Source of the DNA: Trichodelitschia bisporula
Taxonomy: Eukaryota
Length of the DNA: 64,000 nt
Reading direction: 5' to 3'
Assembly (NCBI GenBank): GCA_010356995.1
Contig: ML996687.1
Location: 1,489,803 to 1,553,802, forward strand
Below, one piece after another: positions 60,226-64,000 of this stretch (its first letter is position 1; every line of letters starts with the position of its first letter). The notes beneath the pieces were generated by a model that ran no database searches, was not told where the DNA came from, and saw nothing but the letters and a program-made list of their open reading frames with translations. A program made the position numbers and the translations under genes.

Positions 60226-61316
60226 TTAGAAATGGCGCGGGTGAGACCTCTTCAGCTTAGGCGTAGCGGCAGGAACCCAGAGAGTCGTAGTGGTAGTCGC
60301 GACGACCTCGGTGACTGTAACAACCTCAGTGACCATCACCACAGGGGCTTCCTCAGCAGCCGGGGCGGCCGGAGCAACGGACGGAGCCGGAGCGGTATCA
60401 GCCTCAGCGAACGCAGCAGCGGCAGGGGCAGAGTAGGCAGCACTGGCGGCTGGAGCAGCGGAGGCAGCGGGGGAGTAGTCGGCAACGGCAGAAGCCTGGG
60501 CGTTGCTGACGGGGGAAACGGCATTGCCTTGGATCATGACGTCGAAGCAAGTGCTCCACTGCGGCGCGCTGGAGTTGGGGTACTCCCACACCCAGACCAT
60601 CATGTGGCGGCCAGGCGCCATGTCCTTGGGCAGGTTCAGCTCCATCCAGTTGCCCTTGTCGACGAGCCCCTGGGTCGGCGACGTGATGGACTTATCGGCG
60701 GGGTAGGCGAAGGAGTTGTCGGAGAAGCCAGCCGACTGCAGCTTGTTGACGGCGGTGAACTCGGAGATGTCGGTGATTTCAGCCTCCGGCTTGCCCTTCC
60801 AGTAGACGGAGACGGTACCCGGCGTACCACCGGGAACATTGGAACCGCGAGCGTGGCCGTTGCCGCCGAAGCGGAGGCGGATCATGCTGCCCGGCGCAGC
60901 TGATGCCATGGGCGCATTGTCCTGGTACGTGGGGGAGCGTTGGGCGGGAGGGCAGGCGTGGGTGTCGGCGGGGTGGAAGGAGCCGCCGTCCCATGAGTTG
61001 GCTCCGATGTTCCAAACGTAGTTGGTCGAGTCGTCAATCCAGTTGCCGGGGTTCTTCTTGTTGCGCGGCCATCCCTTGCAAAGATAGGCATACTCAGGCA
61101 TTCTGATATTCGGTTAGCGATACCGCTCTGGGGCATATATGAAAGATGGGAATAGGATACTCACGTGGGATCGACGATGACGGGCGGGCTCTTGGTCGAG
61201 TTGCCTTGCATCCATTTGAGAATCTCAGTGTTATCATGGTCCGCACATTCGAGCCATGAGTGAGCCGAGACGGTCGAAATGGCCGCCAACGAGGCAACGA
61301 GCAGTTGTGTGAACAT
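60226..61316 (-). CDS. Secreted His1 (histidine-brace) LPMO-like protein with Ala/Pro/Thr-rich tail
   Basis: Signal peptide MFTQLLVASLAAISTVSA then mature HSWLEC. Intron 61103-61164. Second His in RFGGNGH, then LPKDMAPGRHMMVWVW and STCFDV as in LPMO-fold proteins. Confidence 0.78.
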
Positions 61317-63509
61317 GTTGAAGGAATGAATGTCCTGGAATCGAATTTGTACAGGTATCAAGTGGTATCAAAGAGCACTTTGCGGTCAAGTTTCAGTAAC
61401 AAGCCAACCAGTGGTGGTTTTAAAGGATAGTCGTGAGTATGGACAAGGAGTGACGTGGTGAATGAATGACAGAACCGGCCTGACGAAAAAGAGTGATGCG
61501 CAAAAGAGGGAAAGATGTAGGACAGAGGGAGATTCTCAAACTTAACTGCTCGCTCGGATGGCAAAGAGACTCCTTTAGAGCATGGTGAGAAAACGGGTAC
61601 CGGCCCACGACTACCCAAGGCTAGTCGCCGACTCGCCTCCACTTCTCCACTCATTCCAGCCTTGCCCGTTTATTCGTGCTAAGTGGCGGACAGGAGGAAA
61701 CACGCGAGCAGATTGCAGGGAATCCAGGAACGAAGGTTGGATAGGCTTGCTGCAAAGGGGACTGAGAGAGCGAATCAGGAGCATCGTGAGAGGCCAAGAT
61801 AGGGAAATTACAGGCAGATCTGGTGTCGCAGGACCTGGCGCCGATCTAGACGTTGGTTCCTGGATTACGCCTACGCTATTTTTCGCCGTGCACTTTCCCG
61901 TTTTTCCTTGGTTGCCCCGAGGCCGGATATCAGCTACGGTTGGGGGTTATTCGGTCTTCTGCCTTTCGCGCCCGGCCGGAGGCGAATGGGTGACGTAGAA
62001 GAATGATAGGAAGGTTTGTTTCTGTGTTCCCTCTCAGGGGCAAAAAAGGGCGTCTAAAGGGACTGTCCCTTCAAGGGTACGAGGCCTGTAAGTGGCAGGC
62101 TCTCGCGCCGGTGAAACACCGAACAACCCCTCATGTCCCACGTCTCCCGTGCTCCCCTAGCCAACCCACCAACCCCACCCCCGAAAAACATCCTCTTGGC
62201 CGACCCTGTTCCCGGCGTGCCCGGTTCTGAGAGGCCCATCTCGAAAGGGAAACTCTCCAGGAAAACACCAGGAGAGACGTCAGGAGAAACAAAAGACCTT
62301 GGGCCATGCACTCTGTTCGTGTGATCCCCCCCCTTGTTTTCAGCTGTTTCCAGTCTTGCTCGCCCTCTCTCCTGCATGCTCGCCCTCTCTCGGGCTTGCC
62401 ATTAACATGAGCAGGGCCTCCTTCGGCCCGGTGAACGCACCGTTCGTACTACGTATTTCGTACTTCGTACGTCGTCAGCACCGCCCCCATTTCCACGCGC
62501 TTGTCTCCACTTCATCCCCGAAATATCACGGACATTAAGGCCGCGCGGGAGATCTGCACCTTAATTTTGCGAGTTACGACGGCCCGCTCGTGCAGTAGGC
62601 ACGTACCAGATAATACCACGGGCGGAATTTCGTCACAAAAGCAACTCCAGCAAAAGTCACCTCATTCTGTCCCGCATGGGGGTGGGGACTTCGGGAATGC
62701 TTGCGCAATGCGTGTTCTGAAAACATACCGGCAACCTGACTCCCTGGTTGAAACACCATCCGCCGCCTCGCCGCAGCCGCTGGCATGCAGCGGTACTACG
62801 GTACTACCTACTACCGCAGTTTAGCCCATGAGCCTTCTGGACAAGCTTTCGCTCGTGAATAATCAGTCGGGTCTTCGGAGCAATCTCTCGGGCCAGTTTG
62901 CCTTACGCGGGTGCGGAGCCCAGTCGGAACAGGGAAGCCTCGTCAGCGGAGGAAGAACCGGCCACGCTTAAAATGGGATTTTATGTCCTGATTCCCGAAG
63001 GATAAAGCTGAGAAAACATCCTGAATGTTTTGGCTTGTCATTCAGATCTGCTTTGCAGCTACAAACAACCTGCGTAGATTCCTTCGTCGGAATGCTTAAA
63101 CGCGCATCCTAAAACATCGGTCCGGACGGATGTAGTCATGGTCCGTCCAAGAGGTGTCTGCCAGTTCATTCAGTGCAGTTTGCTATGTGTGTCGTAACAT
63201 AGAAAAGCGACCTGTTTTTATGAAGGTGATAGGTATGCGCTATCCGATATGTAGTCGCTATCAGTTGGACTTGTAAATACGTCTGAGATGGCCGTTTCAT
63301 GCCATGCCAAAGTTCTTCGTTTTGTGCTCTGAGCGTTGTGTGTGAAACAATGCCAAGACAATGTGCTCGTCATTGAGAGCTCTGGCGACGTTGCATGGCG
63401 TTGTGGCCGTGCTTCAGGCAGCCTTGGACTTGAGCCTCAACTGCTCCAGACGACCGCAAGACGCATTCAAGGCTATCTTATTATTGCACATTTCGCACCA
63501 CGGTTCAGC

Positions 63510-64000
63510 ATGATCCACGAGTTCCTGCAGGTATTGATTCTAGTGTCCTGCTGAAGGTCGCGAAGCTAATACGGATACCGTGCAGCGGCTTGCCTTCCTC
63601 CTGGACCGACCACTGTTCCCATGGAAGAAACTGGTCATCGCCTTCTCTCTGGGCCAGTTTACCCTTGAGAATTGGCTGCTGTCGAGGCAGTATGGTGTGT
63701 ATCAGCGCACAGTCAGGCCCAAGGCGTTGGAGAAGGAAGTTGATCAGGCAACCTTCGACAAAAGCCAGGTATGTCTACACGCACCTTGTTGCAGATTCAA
63801 TCTGACCTTCGTAGGCATATGGGCGCGCAAAAGCCAAGTTTCAGTTCGTTTCCTCCGTCATCAACGAAATCACAAAGCTCGCCATCATCCACTTCGATGT
63901 ATGGCCAAAGGTCTGGGCATTTGTCGGGCTCGGTGTGGCTCAGTATTCCCCGACGCGCTTCTCGGGTGAAATCACACAGTCTCTCCTCTACTTCTTCGTC
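63510..64000 (+). CDS. STE24: CaaX prenyl protease Ste24 (5' part, truncated by window end)
   Basis: LDRPLFPWKKLVIAFSLGQF.LE.WL..RQY...FDKSQAYGRAKAKF. Introns 63531-63585 and 63769-63814. Confidence 0.92.

Noticed and set aside
61400..63500. Short ORFs and tcgtac repeats between the LPMO-like gene and STE24
   Set aside because: No coding signature or clear RNA structure; treated as a divergent promoter region.

Overview
Gene-dense, intron-containing genomic DNA from a filamentous ascomycete (Pezizomycotina: short GT/GC-AG introns with CTAAC/CTGAC branch sites, typical fungal orthologues). About 27 protein-coding genes can be reconstructed: YIP3/PRA1 plus a tightly linked downstream ORF, a DEK-C/SWIB protein, RRP17/NOL12, a GPI-type secreted protein, two divergent repeat-rich orphans, a PL4 rhamnogalacturonan lyase, a coiled-coil/ubiquitin-like/polyproline protein, tropomyosin, securin, a degenerate CAP protein, a WD40-cyclophilin, a GNAT, a HIRAN-SNF2-RING helicase, HIS1, RPS28, CYT1, a dehydroshikimate-dehydratase-like TIM barrel divergent from a DAHP synthase, SDH6, HSP20, RPB11, a nitronate monooxygenase, DGA1, an LPMO-like His-brace protein and the 5' part of STE24. 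No rRNA, tRNA, CRISPR or recognisable transposon was seen. The most interesting signals are: (1) a YIP3-ORF2 dicistronic/overlapping arrangement; (2) a secreted His1 LPMO-like protein with Trp at the apparent axial position; (3) a structured RPB11 intron holding an H/ACA-like double hairpin and an in-frame alternative first exon; (4) a cryptic spliced C-terminal extension of the RAD5-like helicase; (5) a DAHP synthase/DHS dehydratase-like pair; (6) a head-to-head pair of repeat orphans; (7) an oscillating C/G skew that stops near 31.2 kb. All exon structures were inferred by eye and no database searches were run.
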